Source: Oscillospiraceae bacterium (lineage in GTDB: Bacteria > Bacillota > Clostridia > Oscillospirales > Ruminococcaceae). Taken from it: a stretch of 64,000 nucleotides of DNA. The number at the start of each line of letters is the position of its first letter. The first letter of the stretch is position 1. Shown here piece by piece: positions 27,809 through 37,008 of this stretch. The stretch spans positions 76,416 to 140,415 of the forward strand of contig JBJFHM010000034.1 in assembly GCA_051893615.1 (NCBI GenBank), in the 5' to 3' direction. The position numbers and the translations under genes are program-made. The notes under the pieces were generated by a model, which was not told where the DNA came from, ran no database searches, and worked only from the letters and a program-made list of their open reading frames with translations.

Positions 27809-29203
27809 TTAGTTCTTAGATTTAATATACTCATCGATAGCCTTTGCAGATGCTTTACCAGCTCCCATAGCTGAGATTACTGTTGCAGCACCAGTAACGG
27901 CATCACCACCAGCAAAAACACCCTCTCTTGAGGTTTGTCCCTTTTCGCCATCAGTAACGATACAACCATGATTGTTAGTATCAAGGTTAGCAGTAGTACT
28001 CTTGATTAGTGGGTTTGGTGAAGTACCTATAGACATGATAACACAGTCTACATCTAGGATAAATTCAGAACCTTCCTTAACGATAGGTCTACGTCTACCA
28101 GAGGCATCAGGTTCACCGAGTTCCATTTCAACGCACTTCATACCCTTGACGAACTTGTGTTCATCTCCTAATATTTCAACTGGATTGTTCAAGGTCTTAA
28201 AGATGATACCTTCTTCTATAGCGTGTTCAACTTCTTCTTTTCTAGCAGGGAGTTCGTCCATGGAACGTCTGTATACTATGTATACTTCCTCAGCACCGAG
28301 ACGCTTAGCAGAACGGGCTGCGTCCATGGCAACGTTACCACCACCCACTACGGCTACTTTCTTAGCGTTCATGATTGGTGTTGCTGAACCCTCTTTATAT
28401 GCTTTCATTAGGTTAGTTCTAGTTAAAAACTCATTAGCAGAGTATACTCCCTTTAAATTTTCTCCAGGGATATTCATAAATCTAGGAAGTCCAGCACCTG
28501 AACCGATAAATACAGCTTCAAAGCCTTGTTCGTTCATAAGTTCATCTATGGAGATAACTTTACCTATTACCATGTTAGTCTCCACCTTAACGCCTAGAGC
28601 CTTTAAGTTATCAACTTCTTTTTGTACTATGGATTTTGGTAATCTAAATTCAGGGATACCATATACTAGAACTCCACCTGCTTTGTGTAGAGCCTCAAAG
28701 ATAGTAACTTCATAACCCATCTTAGCTAAGTCACCAGCACAGGTCAATCCAGATGGACCTGCACCAATGATAGCTACCTTATGTCCATTAGATTGTGGCT
28801 TCTGTGGTAACTCCGTACAGTGTTCATTGTGATAGTCTGCTACGAAACGTTCAAGACGTCCAATGCCAACAGGCTCAGCCTTGATACCTCTTACACACTT
28901 ACTTTCGCATTGCTTCTCTTGAGGACATACACGTCCACAGACTGCAGGTAACGAACTAGATAATGATATACTTTGATATGCTCCTTCATAATCTTTTTCC
29001 TTAATTTTGGAAATAAAATCAGGAATGTTTATAGATACTGGACAACCAGTCATACATCTAGCATTTTTACAGTTAAGACATCTGTCAGCCTCATCAAGAG
29101 CCATAGCCTCGGTATAGCCTAAGGCTACTTCCTTAAAGTTGTGATTTCTAACTTGAGGGTCTTGTACAGGCATTTCATTCTTCTTAGGTGACATATTAGG
29201 CAT
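27809..29203 (-). CDS. nfnB: NADH-dependent reduced ferredoxin:NADP+ oxidoreductase subunit B (GltD-like)
   Basis: 464 aa. N-terminal 2x[4Fe-4S] Cys motifs (CLNCKNARC, CPV, CGRVCPQEKQCESKC) and FAD/NAD(P) motifs GAGPSGL and VGGGNVAMD. Paired with a 279-aa NfnA-like gene. Confidence 0.85.
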   Translation of the reverse strand: MPNMSPKKNEMPVQDPQVRNHNFKEVALGYTEAMALDEADRCLNCKNARCMTGCPVSINIPDFISKIKEKDYEGAYQSISLSSSLPAVCGRVCPQEKQCESKCVRGIKAEPVGIGRLERFVADYHNEHCTELPQKPQSNGHKVAIIGAGPSGLTCAGDLAKMGYEVTIFEALHKAGGVLVYGIPEFRLPKSIVQKEVDNLKALGVKVETNMVIGKVISIDELMNEQGFEAVFIGSGAGLPRFMNIPGENLKGVYSANEFLTRTNLMKAYKEGSATPIMNAKKVAVVGGGNVAMDAARSAKRLGAEEVYIVYRRSMDELPARKEEVEHAIEEGIIFKTLNNPVEILGDEHKFVKGMKCVEMELGEPDASGRRRPIVKEGSEFILDVDCVIMSIGTSPNPLIKSTTANLDTNNHGCIVTDGEKGQTSREGVFAGGDAVTGAATVISAMGAGKASAKAIDEYIKSKN

Positions 29204-29205
29204 GA

Positions 29206-30045
29206 TTATTCAACCCCCTTAAATAGATTACAAGTTTCTTCATGTTGTCTACGTTCAAACTCTTTGTACATAGTAGAACGTTCCATAGCCTCATCGAAGT
29301 CTACAAGATGTCCATCAAAGTCAGGGCCATCAACACAAGCGAACTTCGTTTCACCACCAACGGTTAGACGACAACCACCACACATACCAGTACCATCAAT
29401 CATGATAGGGTTCATAGATACTACAGTCTTTATACCATATTTTTCAGTAGTCTTACATACGAACTTCATCATAATTAGTGGACCTATAGCGATAACTTCG
29501 TCATACTGGTTTCCCTCTTGGATTAACTGTTCAAGAGCATTAGTAACTAAACCTTTAGTACCGTGACTACCATCATCAGTCATCATGCAGAGCTTGTCGC
29601 TAACTGCCTTAAATTCATCTTCTAAGATGACTAAATCTTTATTTCTAAAACCTACGACAGAGTGAACTTCACAGCCTAGATTGTGTAACTTCTTAGCTAT
29701 AGGATAAGCTATTGCACAACCTACACCACCACCAACTACTGCGACTTTTCTCAAGCCATCAGTATGAGACGCAACACCTAAAGGACCTACAAAATCTTGG
29801 ATATATTCGCCCTCTTGTTTATGGTTTAACTTCTCAGTAGTAGCTCCTACTATTTGGAAGATTATAGTTACAGTACCATTTTCTCTATCAAAATCCGCAA
29901 CTGTTAAAGGGATACGCTCACCCTCATCATCAACTCTTAATATTATAAATTGACCTGGCTCAGCCTTCTTTGCGATAGCTGGGGCATCAATTTCCATAAG
30001 CGTAACAGTAGGATTAAGAACTTTCTTTTTAACTATCTTAAACAT
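29206..30045 (-). CDS. nfnA: NfnA-type subunit (ferredoxin-NADP reductase-like, [2Fe-2S])
   Basis: 279 aa PyrK-like fold with C-terminal GTGMCGGCR...C cluster motif. Lies 2 nt upstream of nfnB. Confidence 0.82.
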   Translation of the reverse strand: MFKIVKKKVLNPTVTLMEIDAPAIAKKAEPGQFIILRVDDEGERIPLTVADFDRENGTVTIIFQIVGATTEKLNHKQEGEYIQDFVGPLGVASHTDGLRKVAVVGGGVGCAIAYPIAKKLHNLGCEVHSVVGFRNKDLVILEDEFKAVSDKLCMMTDDGSHGTKGLVTNALEQLIQEGNQYDEVIAIGPLIMMKFVCKTTEKYGIKTVVSMNPIMIDGTGMCGGCRLTVGGETKFACVDGPDFDGHLVDFDEAMERSTMYKEFERRQHEETCNLFKGVE

Positions 30046-30217
30046 AGTTCTCTACTTCCTTTCTAATGGATAAATGTTAATTACATGGCATATAAGACCA
30101 TGTAAATTAAAAAAAATCAACAAAAATAATGCTCATATAGATTTATTATAACACACATATAGAATAGATTAATAATATAAAATATGAATATCTATATGTG
30201 AAAAATAATATATCTTA

Positions 30218-31159
30218 TTAATGAAACATCTTACTAATGACACTTTTTAATTCATCAATGAACATAGCATCATATTCAGTAAACTTATAGTTTTTAGGGT
30301 GTATAAAAACATCTTTGATATTAATAGAGTTATCAATACACTTCAATTGCACCAAATTATAACGTTTTAAAAGTTGCTGTGGCAACGGTGATACCCACAT
30401 ATAAGTATTATCTACGGAAGTTAAGATATCAAATTGACTGCCACGTTCACACACATATATCTTATTATTATCATAGAATGGACTATTCTTACTCTTATTC
30501 AAGTTTAAAAACGTATTCGTTACATATGGGACGAAGTCATCATCATGGACTATTTCAATACATTTTGAAAGCTCATAGTTAGAAACATAACCGTTGTTAG
30601 CTAATGGATTATCCCTAGAAACTAATACCAAATAGTTAAATTCACATAAAGTTTGATGCTTTAACTTTTTTTCATCTAATAGAGATATAAAATTATCTTG
30701 ATAACTAGTATCAAACCTAATAATTCCCAAATTATACTCACATTCTATTATACTGTTAATAACGTCCATAGAGTTGCTTTCTTTAATGTGTACGTCTATC
30801 TTTTTAGAAGTATCTAACTGATTTAAAAATTTAGTAAATGCGTAAGTTATATATGAAGCCCTTGGTATACCTATACTAAAGGATATAGTCTCATTACTTG
30901 AATTTTTATATAGAGCCTCCATCTTATCCAATTGGACTAATACTGCCTTGGCATACTCTAAAAACTCTTCACCCTTTGCAGTCGGAACTACTCCCCTTGC
31001 CGAACGTTTAAAGATGGTTATGTTCATCTCATTTTCAATCTCTTTGATAGCCTTACTCAAATTGGGTTGCCCCATAAATAATACAGATGCTGCCTTAGTA
31101 ATAGAACCATACTTTTGAACTTCAACTAAATACCTAAGATGTTGTAGATTTAAATTCAA
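30218..31159 (-). CDS. LysR-family transcriptional regulator
   Basis: N-terminal wHTH (LRYLVEVQKYGSITKAASVLFMGQPNLSKAIKEIE) plus a substrate-binding domain. Confidence 0.88.
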   Translation of the reverse strand: MNLNLQHLRYLVEVQKYGSITKAASVLFMGQPNLSKAIKEIENEMNITIFKRSARGVVPTAKGEEFLEYAKAVLVQLDKMEALYKNSSNETISFSIGIPRASYITYAFTKFLNQLDTSKKIDVHIKESNSMDVINSIIECEYNLGIIRFDTSYQDNFISLLDEKKLKHQTLCEFNYLVLVSRDNPLANNGYVSNYELSKCIEIVHDDDFVPYVTNTFLNLNKSKNSPFYDNNKIYVCERGSQFDILTSVDNTYMWVSPLPQQLLKRYNLVQLKCIDNSINIKDVFIHPKNYKFTEYDAMFIDELKSVISKMFH

Positions 31160-31219
31160 AAAAATTCACCTCACAAAAAATAAATATTGTATAGTAAATA
31201 TTATATATTATATATACAA

Positions 31220-31247
31220 TTTGCGTAGTCCTACAGGACTACGCAAA
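31220..31247 (-). terminator. intrinsic terminator downstream of adhE
   Basis: TTTGCGTAGTCC TAC/GTA GGACTACGCAAA forms a perfect 12-bp stem. The tail is only moderately U-rich. Confidence 0.65.
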
Positions 31248-31288
31248 CTTTAAAAAATATTATAATCTAAAAATAATCTACTAGAGGA

Positions 31289-33973
31289 TTAGTCTTCAAC
31301 ATAACCTTCGCCATAGTAAGCTAACTTGTAGAGGTGCTTTAACTCTTCAACCTTTGGAAGTCTTGGGTTAGCAGTAGTACATTGGTCACCGAAAGCCTTG
31401 TAAGCGAGTTCATCTAAAGAGTTTAGGTAAACTTGTTCATCGATAGCAGTCTTAGGCCATACCTTGTTAGCCTCTTGGATAGATAGTGGAATACCAACTT
31501 TACCCATCAAGTCACGAACGGCATCAGCTAGAGCCTTAACTGCTACTTGTTCATCTACGTCCTTAGAAACCAAACCAAGCATTACAGCGATTTCCTTGAA
31601 ACGTTGAGGTGCCATATAATGGTCATACTTTGGCCAAGCAGCAAATTTAGTAGGAGTAGTTTGACCATTGTATTCAATAACATGTGGTAATAGGTATGCG
31701 TTAGCTAAACCATGAGGAATATGGAACTCACCACCAAGTTTATGTGCCAATGAGTGGTTTACTCCTAAGAAAGCGTTAGTAAATGCCATACCAGCGATAC
31801 AAGAAGCATTGTGCATCTTTTCTCTTGCTATAGGGTCAGCAACTTTCTTACCATCAACTATTTGAACGTTATAAGATTTTGGTAACCATTCAAATACTAA
31901 CTTAATAGCATGTAAAGCCATAGCATCAGTATAGTCATTAGCTAGAGTAGAAACGTATGCTTCAATAGCATGAGTTAATACGTCCAAACCAGTGAATGCA
32001 ACTGAAGTTTGTGGTAAAGTCATTACGAATTGAGGGTCTATGATAGCAATGTCTGGAGTTAGCTCGTAGTCAGCTAGAGGATACTTCATGTTATTCTTCT
32101 TATCGGAGATTACTGCGAATGAAGTAACTTCAGAACCAGTACCAGAAGTAGTTGGGATAGCTACTAGTTTAGCTAACTTACCCATCTTAGGGAACTTATA
32201 AACTCTCTTACGGATATCTAAGAACTTTTGAGCCATACCGATAAAGTCAGCATCTGGATTTTCATAGAATAACCACATACCCTTTGCAGCGTCGATAGCT
32301 GAACCACCACCAAGAGCGATAATAGTATCAGGTTTAAAGGAGTTCATAACTGCAGTACCCTTTTGTAGAGTAGTTAAATCTGGGTCAGGTTCAACTTCGC
32401 TAAACACTTCGATAACTGGCTTATTAGCGTTCTTTTCTAGTTGATATATAACCTTTTCTACAAAATGGAATTGTACCATACCAGGGTCAGCAACTATCAT
32501 AACTCTGTGGATATCAGGCATCTTTGCTAGGTATTGTACAGAACCTGGCTCGAAATAAATCTTTTCTGGAACTTTAAACCACTGCATATTTAATCTCCTC
32601 TTTGCTACTTTCTTCTTGTTGATTAAGTTCTTAACAGTAACGTTCTCAGAAATAGAGTTCTTACCATAAGAACCACAACCAAGTGTAAGTGATGGAGCCA
32701 TAGAGTTATAAACATCACCAATAGCACCAAATGATGCAGGTGAGTTTACTACGATACGGCTTGCCTTCATAGTTTCACCATACTTTTCAACTAAAGCATC
32801 ATTAGAAGAGTGGATTACTGCAGTATGACCTGCACCATGTTTTAACATCTCTTCACAGAGTTCAAAAGCGTGTTCAGTAGTATCGGATTTAACTACTGCA
32901 AGTACTGGAGAAAGTTTCTCAAGTGCTAATGGGCATACGTTAGCATCAGTAGTTGGTAGCTCAACACAAAGAACCTTAGTCTCCTTAGGGATTACAATAC
33001 CAGCCTTTTCAGCTATCTGCCATGGATATTGTCCAACTACCCAAGGTTGTACTGCCATCTTTTCAACGTTGATGACAACATCTTGGATTTTTTGAACTTC
33101 TTCTGGCTTAGCAAAGTAGCAACCATGTTGTTTCATAAAGTCTGTAGCTTCTTGATATACTTCAGTATCAATGATAGCAGCCTGTTCAGAAGCACAAATC
33201 ATACCGTTATCGAAAGACTTAGATAGGATTAAGTCATTAACTGCTTGCTTGATGTTTGCAGTCTTTTCAATGTAACATGGAGTATTACCAGGGCCAACAC
33301 CAAGTGCAGGTTTACCTGCAGAATAAGCAGCCTTAACCATTCCAGGACCACCAGTGGCTAAGATAGTTGCTACATCTGGGTGGTTCATCAAGAAACCAGT
33401 AGCATCGATAGATGGCTTTTCAATCCATTGGATACAGTTTTCAGGAGCACCAGCCTTGATTGCAGCATCTCTAACGATTTCGGCAGCCCTTACTGAACAC
33501 TTTTGTGCATTTGGGTGGAAACCAAATATGATTGGGTTTCTAGTCTTTACACAACTGATAGCCTTAAACATAGTAGTAGATGTTGGGTTAGTTACTGGTG
33601 TAACACCTGCAACGATACCTACAGGTTCAGCAATCTCTAGGTAGCTTTCATTCTCGTTATCTTCGATAACGCCAACAGTCTTTTCATACTTAATAGAATG
33701 CCAGATATATTCAGTAGAGAAGATATTCTTAGTAACCTTATCTTCAAAGATACCTCTACCAGTTTCTTCTACTGCTAACTTAGCAAGTTCCATCTGTGCA
33801 GAAAGACCTGCAAGAGCCATAGCCTTGGTAATCTTGTCAATCTGTTCTTGGTCTAACTTCATGTACTCATCAAGAGCAACTTTAGCTTTAGAGACAAGAC
33901 CGTCAACCATTTCTTTAATTTGGGCTTTCTTTTCTTCTTCAGTTAATTCAATAACTTCTTTTTCTTCGCTCAT
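31289..33973 (-). CDS. adhE: bifunctional acetaldehyde-CoA / alcohol dehydrogenase
   Basis: 894 aa. N-terminal ALDH domain (catalytic Cys in GMICASEQ) and C-terminal Fe-ADH domain (GGGSAIDAAK, His cluster). Confidence 0.95.
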   Translation of the reverse strand: MSEEKEVIELTEEEKKAQIKEMVDGLVSKAKVALDEYMKLDQEQIDKITKAMALAGLSAQMELAKLAVEETGRGIFEDKVTKNIFSTEYIWHSIKYEKTVGVIEDNENESYLEIAEPVGIVAGVTPVTNPTSTTMFKAISCVKTRNPIIFGFHPNAQKCSVRAAEIVRDAAIKAGAPENCIQWIEKPSIDATGFLMNHPDVATILATGGPGMVKAAYSAGKPALGVGPGNTPCYIEKTANIKQAVNDLILSKSFDNGMICASEQAAIIDTEVYQEATDFMKQHGCYFAKPEEVQKIQDVVINVEKMAVQPWVVGQYPWQIAEKAGIVIPKETKVLCVELPTTDANVCPLALEKLSPVLAVVKSDTTEHAFELCEEMLKHGAGHTAVIHSSNDALVEKYGETMKASRIVVNSPASFGAIGDVYNSMAPSLTLGCGSYGKNSISENVTVKNLINKKKVAKRRLNMQWFKVPEKIYFEPGSVQYLAKMPDIHRVMIVADPGMVQFHFVEKVIYQLEKNANKPVIEVFSEVEPDPDLTTLQKGTAVMNSFKPDTIIALGGGSAIDAAKGMWLFYENPDADFIGMAQKFLDIRKRVYKFPKMGKLAKLVAIPTTSGTGSEVTSFAVISDKKNNMKYPLADYELTPDIAIIDPQFVMTLPQTSVAFTGLDVLTHAIEAYVSTLANDYTDAMALHAIKLVFEWLPKSYNVQIVDGKKVADPIAREKMHNASCIAGMAFTNAFLGVNHSLAHKLGGEFHIPHGLANAYLLPHVIEYNGQTTPTKFAAWPKYDHYMAPQRFKEIAVMLGLVSKDVDEQVAVKALADAVRDLMGKVGIPLSIQEANKVWPKTAIDEQVYLNSLDELAYKAFGDQCTTANPRLPKVEELKHLYKLAYYGEGYVED

Positions 33974-34022
33974 GGGAAATCCTCCTGATTGATTATTTTT
34001 TTGATAAAAATAAACCTATAAT

Positions 34023-34038
34023 AGTTATGTCTATAACT
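34023..34038. promoter_or_regulatory. palindrome AGTTAT-N4-ATAACT upstream of adhE (candidate degenerate Rex operator)
   Basis: A perfect 6-4-6 inverted repeat about 50 nt upstream of the adhE ATG. The GTTA-N6-TAAC core partly matches the clostridial Rex box TTGTTAANNNNTTAACAA. Confidence 0.3.
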
Positions 34039-34050
34039 TAGAACGTCAAA

Positions 34051-34707
34051 CTATCTTGTCAAATTTTCTTTTTCTTCAAGATGCTTTGAAAGGAACGCCA
34101 AAGATACTGCCATATTCTCATTATGCACTAGGATATTATCCGTTACTTTAAGATGTACAGGTGCAAAGTTCCAAATGGCTAAAATTCCACTTTCAACTAA
34201 GATGTCACAAACCTCTTGAGCGTTCTGTGATGGTACTGTAATGATACCTATTTTAATATCTAAGTGTTTACAAAACATCTTAATTTCGTTTAAAGGGAAA
34301 ATATTCTTTTGACTTTTGTTATTGTTATTAATGACTTTGGGATTTACATCAAAACCTGCAACAATATTTAATCCATATTCTTCAAAACCCTTATAAGAAA
34401 GTAAAGCACTTCCAAGCTGACCCACTCCGACCAGCACAGCCTTCTTCTTGTTATTGTAACCAAGAAAATTTTCAATATCCGTGATTAATATATCAGTTTC
34501 ATAACCAGTTTTAGGTCTGCCACCGAAACTGCTCACAGAGGCGAAGTCTTTCCTAACTTGGACTTCATTGAAATTAAGTTCATCAGCAATAACACGGGCG
34601 GAAATGTTTTTGATATTTTCCTGTTGTTTTACTTTCAGGCAATTCAAATACATCGGAAGTCGTTGTATGGTTGCTTTTGAAACTGCATTGGCAGACTTTT
34701 CAGCCAC
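34051..34707 (-). CDS. rex: redox-sensing transcriptional repressor Rex
   Basis: 218 aa. N-terminal wHTH (ATIQRLPMYLNCL, ISARVIADEL) and Rossmann GVGQLGSAL. GTG start after GGGAGGTG. Confidence 0.92.
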   Translation of the reverse strand: MAEKSANAVSKATIQRLPMYLNCLKVKQQENIKNISARVIADELNFNEVQVRKDFASVSSFGGRPKTGYETDILITDIENFLGYNNKKKAVLVGVGQLGSALLSYKGFEEYGLNIVAGFDVNPKVINNNNKSQKNIFPLNEIKMFCKHLDIKIGIITVPSQNAQEVCDILVESGILAIWNFAPVHLKVTDNILVHNENMAVSLAFLSKHLEEKENLTR

Positions 34708-34735
34708 CGCTTACACCTCCCGCAATAACAAACGA

Positions 34736-34768
34736 TATCAACTTAATTGATAACCATTTATTGATAAC
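34736..34768. promoter_or_regulatory. repeat cluster in the rex 5' UTR: palindrome TATCAA-N5-TTGATA plus direct repeat TTGATAAC x2
   Basis: Palindrome at 34736-34752. TTGATAAC occurs at 34747-34754 and 34761-34768, immediately downstream of the rex -10. Confidence 0.35.
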
Positions 34769-34797
34769 ATTATAGCAGATAATTCACCTATTGTCAA
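34769..34797 (-). promoter_or_regulatory. consensus sigma-A promoter of rex
   Basis: Minus strand: TTGACA, 17 nt, TATAAT. Confidence 0.7.
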
Positions 34798-34944
34798 TAC
34801 TTTTTTATCAATATTTTTTTATTAATAAAAGTTTAACGATTATTTTAATTTTTCAAAATCAAAGTACATTAATTTTAGATATTTTTAATAAATCCATACT
34901 TTGATATTTCTAGTAAACGACACATCTTTTAGAAATGTCTATGA

Positions 34945-35775
34945 TTACTTTAAGTTGCTACGAAGTAATGTTATTTCATTTCTATAGCCCTCAGCATCGT
35001 TAGGAGTTTCTAAACAGAATGGCAATCCCTGTAACTTTGGGTGGTTTATAACCTTCAAGATGGTACACAAACCTATGTTACCATTACCGATAGTCTCATG
35101 CCTATCCTTGTGACTACCACATGGATTTTTACTATCGTTTAAATGGATAGCTTTTAATCTATCTAAACCGATAATCCTGTTAAACTCATCAAGGACGCCA
35201 TCAAGATTATCTACTATGTTGTAACCAGCATCAAAGATGTGGCAAGTATCTAAACATACGCCTATCTTATCTTTTAGGTTTACTCTTTCGATTATTGCCT
35301 GTAACTCTTCAAAGGAACGACCTATTTCTGTACCTTTTCCTGCCATAGTCTCTAATAATACTATGGTAGTCTGTTCATTAGTTAAAGATTGGTTTAACAT
35401 CTCAGCAATTTGATTGATACCGACTTCCACACCTTGTCCAGTGTGGCTACCTGGGTGAAAGTTATAATAGTTATTTGGAATATACTCCATACGTTGTAAA
35501 TCATCTTTAAAGATTTTTAAAGCGAACCTTCTAGTAGTTTCATCACTTGAACATGGATTTAGTGTGTATGGTGCATGAGCCACTATCTTTCCAAAGTGAT
35601 TTTCTTGCATTAACTTAATAAAAGCGTCAGTATCAGATTTATTAATCTTTTTAGCGTTCGCTCCTCTCGGATTTCTCGTGAAAAACTGTAGCGTATCTGC
35701 ACCAAGTGATAACGCATCTTTTCCCATCTTTTCAAATCCACCTGATACCGATAGATGACACCCTATACTTATCAT
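34945..35775 (-). CDS. nfo: deoxyribonuclease IV (endonuclease IV)
   Basis: TIM-barrel AP endonuclease 2 family ([33 protein letters not shown]). Start refined to ATG 35773-35775 after GGAGGT. Confidence 0.92.
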   Translation of the reverse strand: MISIGCHLSVSGGFEKMGKDALSLGADTLQFFTRNPRGANAKKINKSDTDAFIKLMQENHFGKIVAHAPYTLNPCSSDETTRRFALKIFKDDLQRMEYIPNNYYNFHPGSHTGQGVEVGINQIAEMLNQSLTNEQTTIVLLETMAGKGTEIGRSFEELQAIIERVNLKDKIGVCLDTCHIFDAGYNIVDNLDGVLDEFNRIIGLDRLKAIHLNDSKNPCGSHKDRHETIGNGNIGLCTILKVINHPKLQGLPFCLETPNDAEGYRNEITLLRSNLK

Positions 35776-35826
35776 AATTAAAACGACCTCCAAAATAGAA
35801 TATTCAATACCAAAAAAATCTAAGAT

Positions 35827-36762
35827 TTAATCAAAGATGGTATTTATATTTATAATATTATTCTTCTGTAAACTCATCAATAGAGTAAACCTAGCCTCAT
35901 CACGATACTCAGGCTTAGCCATATAATACATATAAGTTTCTATTAGGTTGAATATATAGAAAGAGCGTCCTTCTATTTTAAAGTTGTTAAATCCCATAGG
36001 TACGTATTTTTCAAGGATATCACTTTGTGATACGTGTAACGGATTATCCTTAATATCAAAGATGCTACTTGCCATATGGTCACATGGAAAGTTCTCAAAG
36101 TTAAATGGCGTATTAGGATACTTATTAAAATGTCTTACATACTCTATTTGAGTTTCACCAATATATCTATAATGTTCACCTCTACGTTGACAGTTTGGCT
36201 GACAACATGGATTTATTAAAATTTCACACTTATCTTTTCTATCAATCTTTTCAAGCATTGGAAAATTGTTATTCCAATTATAATCTAATACCACTAGAGA
36301 ATAATCCTTTTTTAACTCTTCTTGAAGGAGGTCAAAGTCTCTAATTTCCTTGCAAGTGGAACTTACTAACTTATACTTTGGATAGTTATTCCTTATATAC
36401 TTCTCCAAAATTGGTGATACTACTATAACTTCATTCAATCCATTATTGGCTAAGGCTAAACATAGATTACAATGTTTATCACTTAGATGTTTATTCTCTA
36501 ATACTGGATTGGTAAATGTAAATCTAATAGGTACACCCAAATCATTAAAAGATTTTAATATGTTTTTAATGTCATTTCTATTAGTGCATACACCATTAGT
36601 AGAACGTCCACCATTCCACAATGATGGTGGAAACTCTCCATATACAGAACCTATCTCTAAACCATCTATAAAATATTGTGGATACTCCTTAATCATCTTA
36701 ATTAACAATAGGTTTAGATGGTAATGTGTCGTAAAGTTAGGAATATGAAATCTAATACTCAT
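35827..36762 (-). CDS. hypothetical Cys-rich protein, possibly a distant U32-family/TIM-barrel relative
   Basis: 311 aa. FKIEGR segment resembles the KIEGR motif of the bona fide U32 gene at 56827..58059 (SLKIEGRAKS). Cys cluster NPCCQPNCQRRGEHY plus FPCDH. RBS AAGGGTGG. Confidence 0.45.
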   Translation of the reverse strand: MSIRFHIPNFTTHYHLNLLLIKMIKEYPQYFIDGLEIGSVYGEFPPSLWNGGRSTNGVCTNRNDIKNILKSFNDLGVPIRFTFTNPVLENKHLSDKHCNLCLALANNGLNEVIVVSPILEKYIRNNYPKYKLVSSTCKEIRDFDLLQEELKKDYSLVVLDYNWNNNFPMLEKIDRKDKCEILINPCCQPNCQRRGEHYRYIGETQIEYVRHFNKYPNTPFNFENFPCDHMASSIFDIKDNPLHVSQSDILEKYVPMGFNNFKIEGRSFYIFNLIETYMYYMAKPEYRDEARFTLLMSLQKNNIININTIFD

Positions 36763-36777
36763 TGGATACCACCCTTA

Positions 36778-36957
36778 CTATTGAGCATCATAATACGCTT
36801 TTTCATCTAAAGCACCTATCTTGATTAAATACTTATCATAAGCAAAGAGTACTTTATCGACTGTATCCTTATCGATACCAGTTTCATTGATTATAAACTT
36901 TGATAGTTCTTCAGTATCTATAACTATCATACCTTCTTGATTGTTATTATTAGACAT
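36778..36957 (-). CDS. small hypothetical protein (59 aa), not in the ORF track
   Basis: Hand translation: MSNNNNQEGMIVIDTEELSKFIINETGIDKDTVDKVLFAYDKYLIKIGALDEKAYYDAQ. RBS GAAAGGAA lies 6 nt before the ATG. The stop is 15 nt before the start of the 311-aa gene. Confidence 0.55.
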   Translation of the reverse strand: MSNNNNQEGMIVIDTEELSKFIINETGIDKDTVDKVLFAYDKYLIKIGALDEKAYYDAQ

Positions 36958-37008
36958 AAAAAAGTTCCTTTCAAATTAAAATATTTTCCGTGCTTCCCAA
37001 AAGGGATT

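Noticed and set aside
27972-28715. A 247-aa plus-strand ORF antisense to nfnB. Similar antisense or alternate-frame ORFs occur at 824-1015, 2881-3255, 3457-3714, 3836-4093, 7726-8256, 14798-15136, 29264-29566 and 33354-33644, among others.
   Set aside because: Each lies entirely inside a strongly supported conserved gene on the opposite strand or in another frame. None has an RBS, and all have low-complexity, Ser/Leu/Ile-rich composition typical of shadow ORFs in AT-rich genomes.
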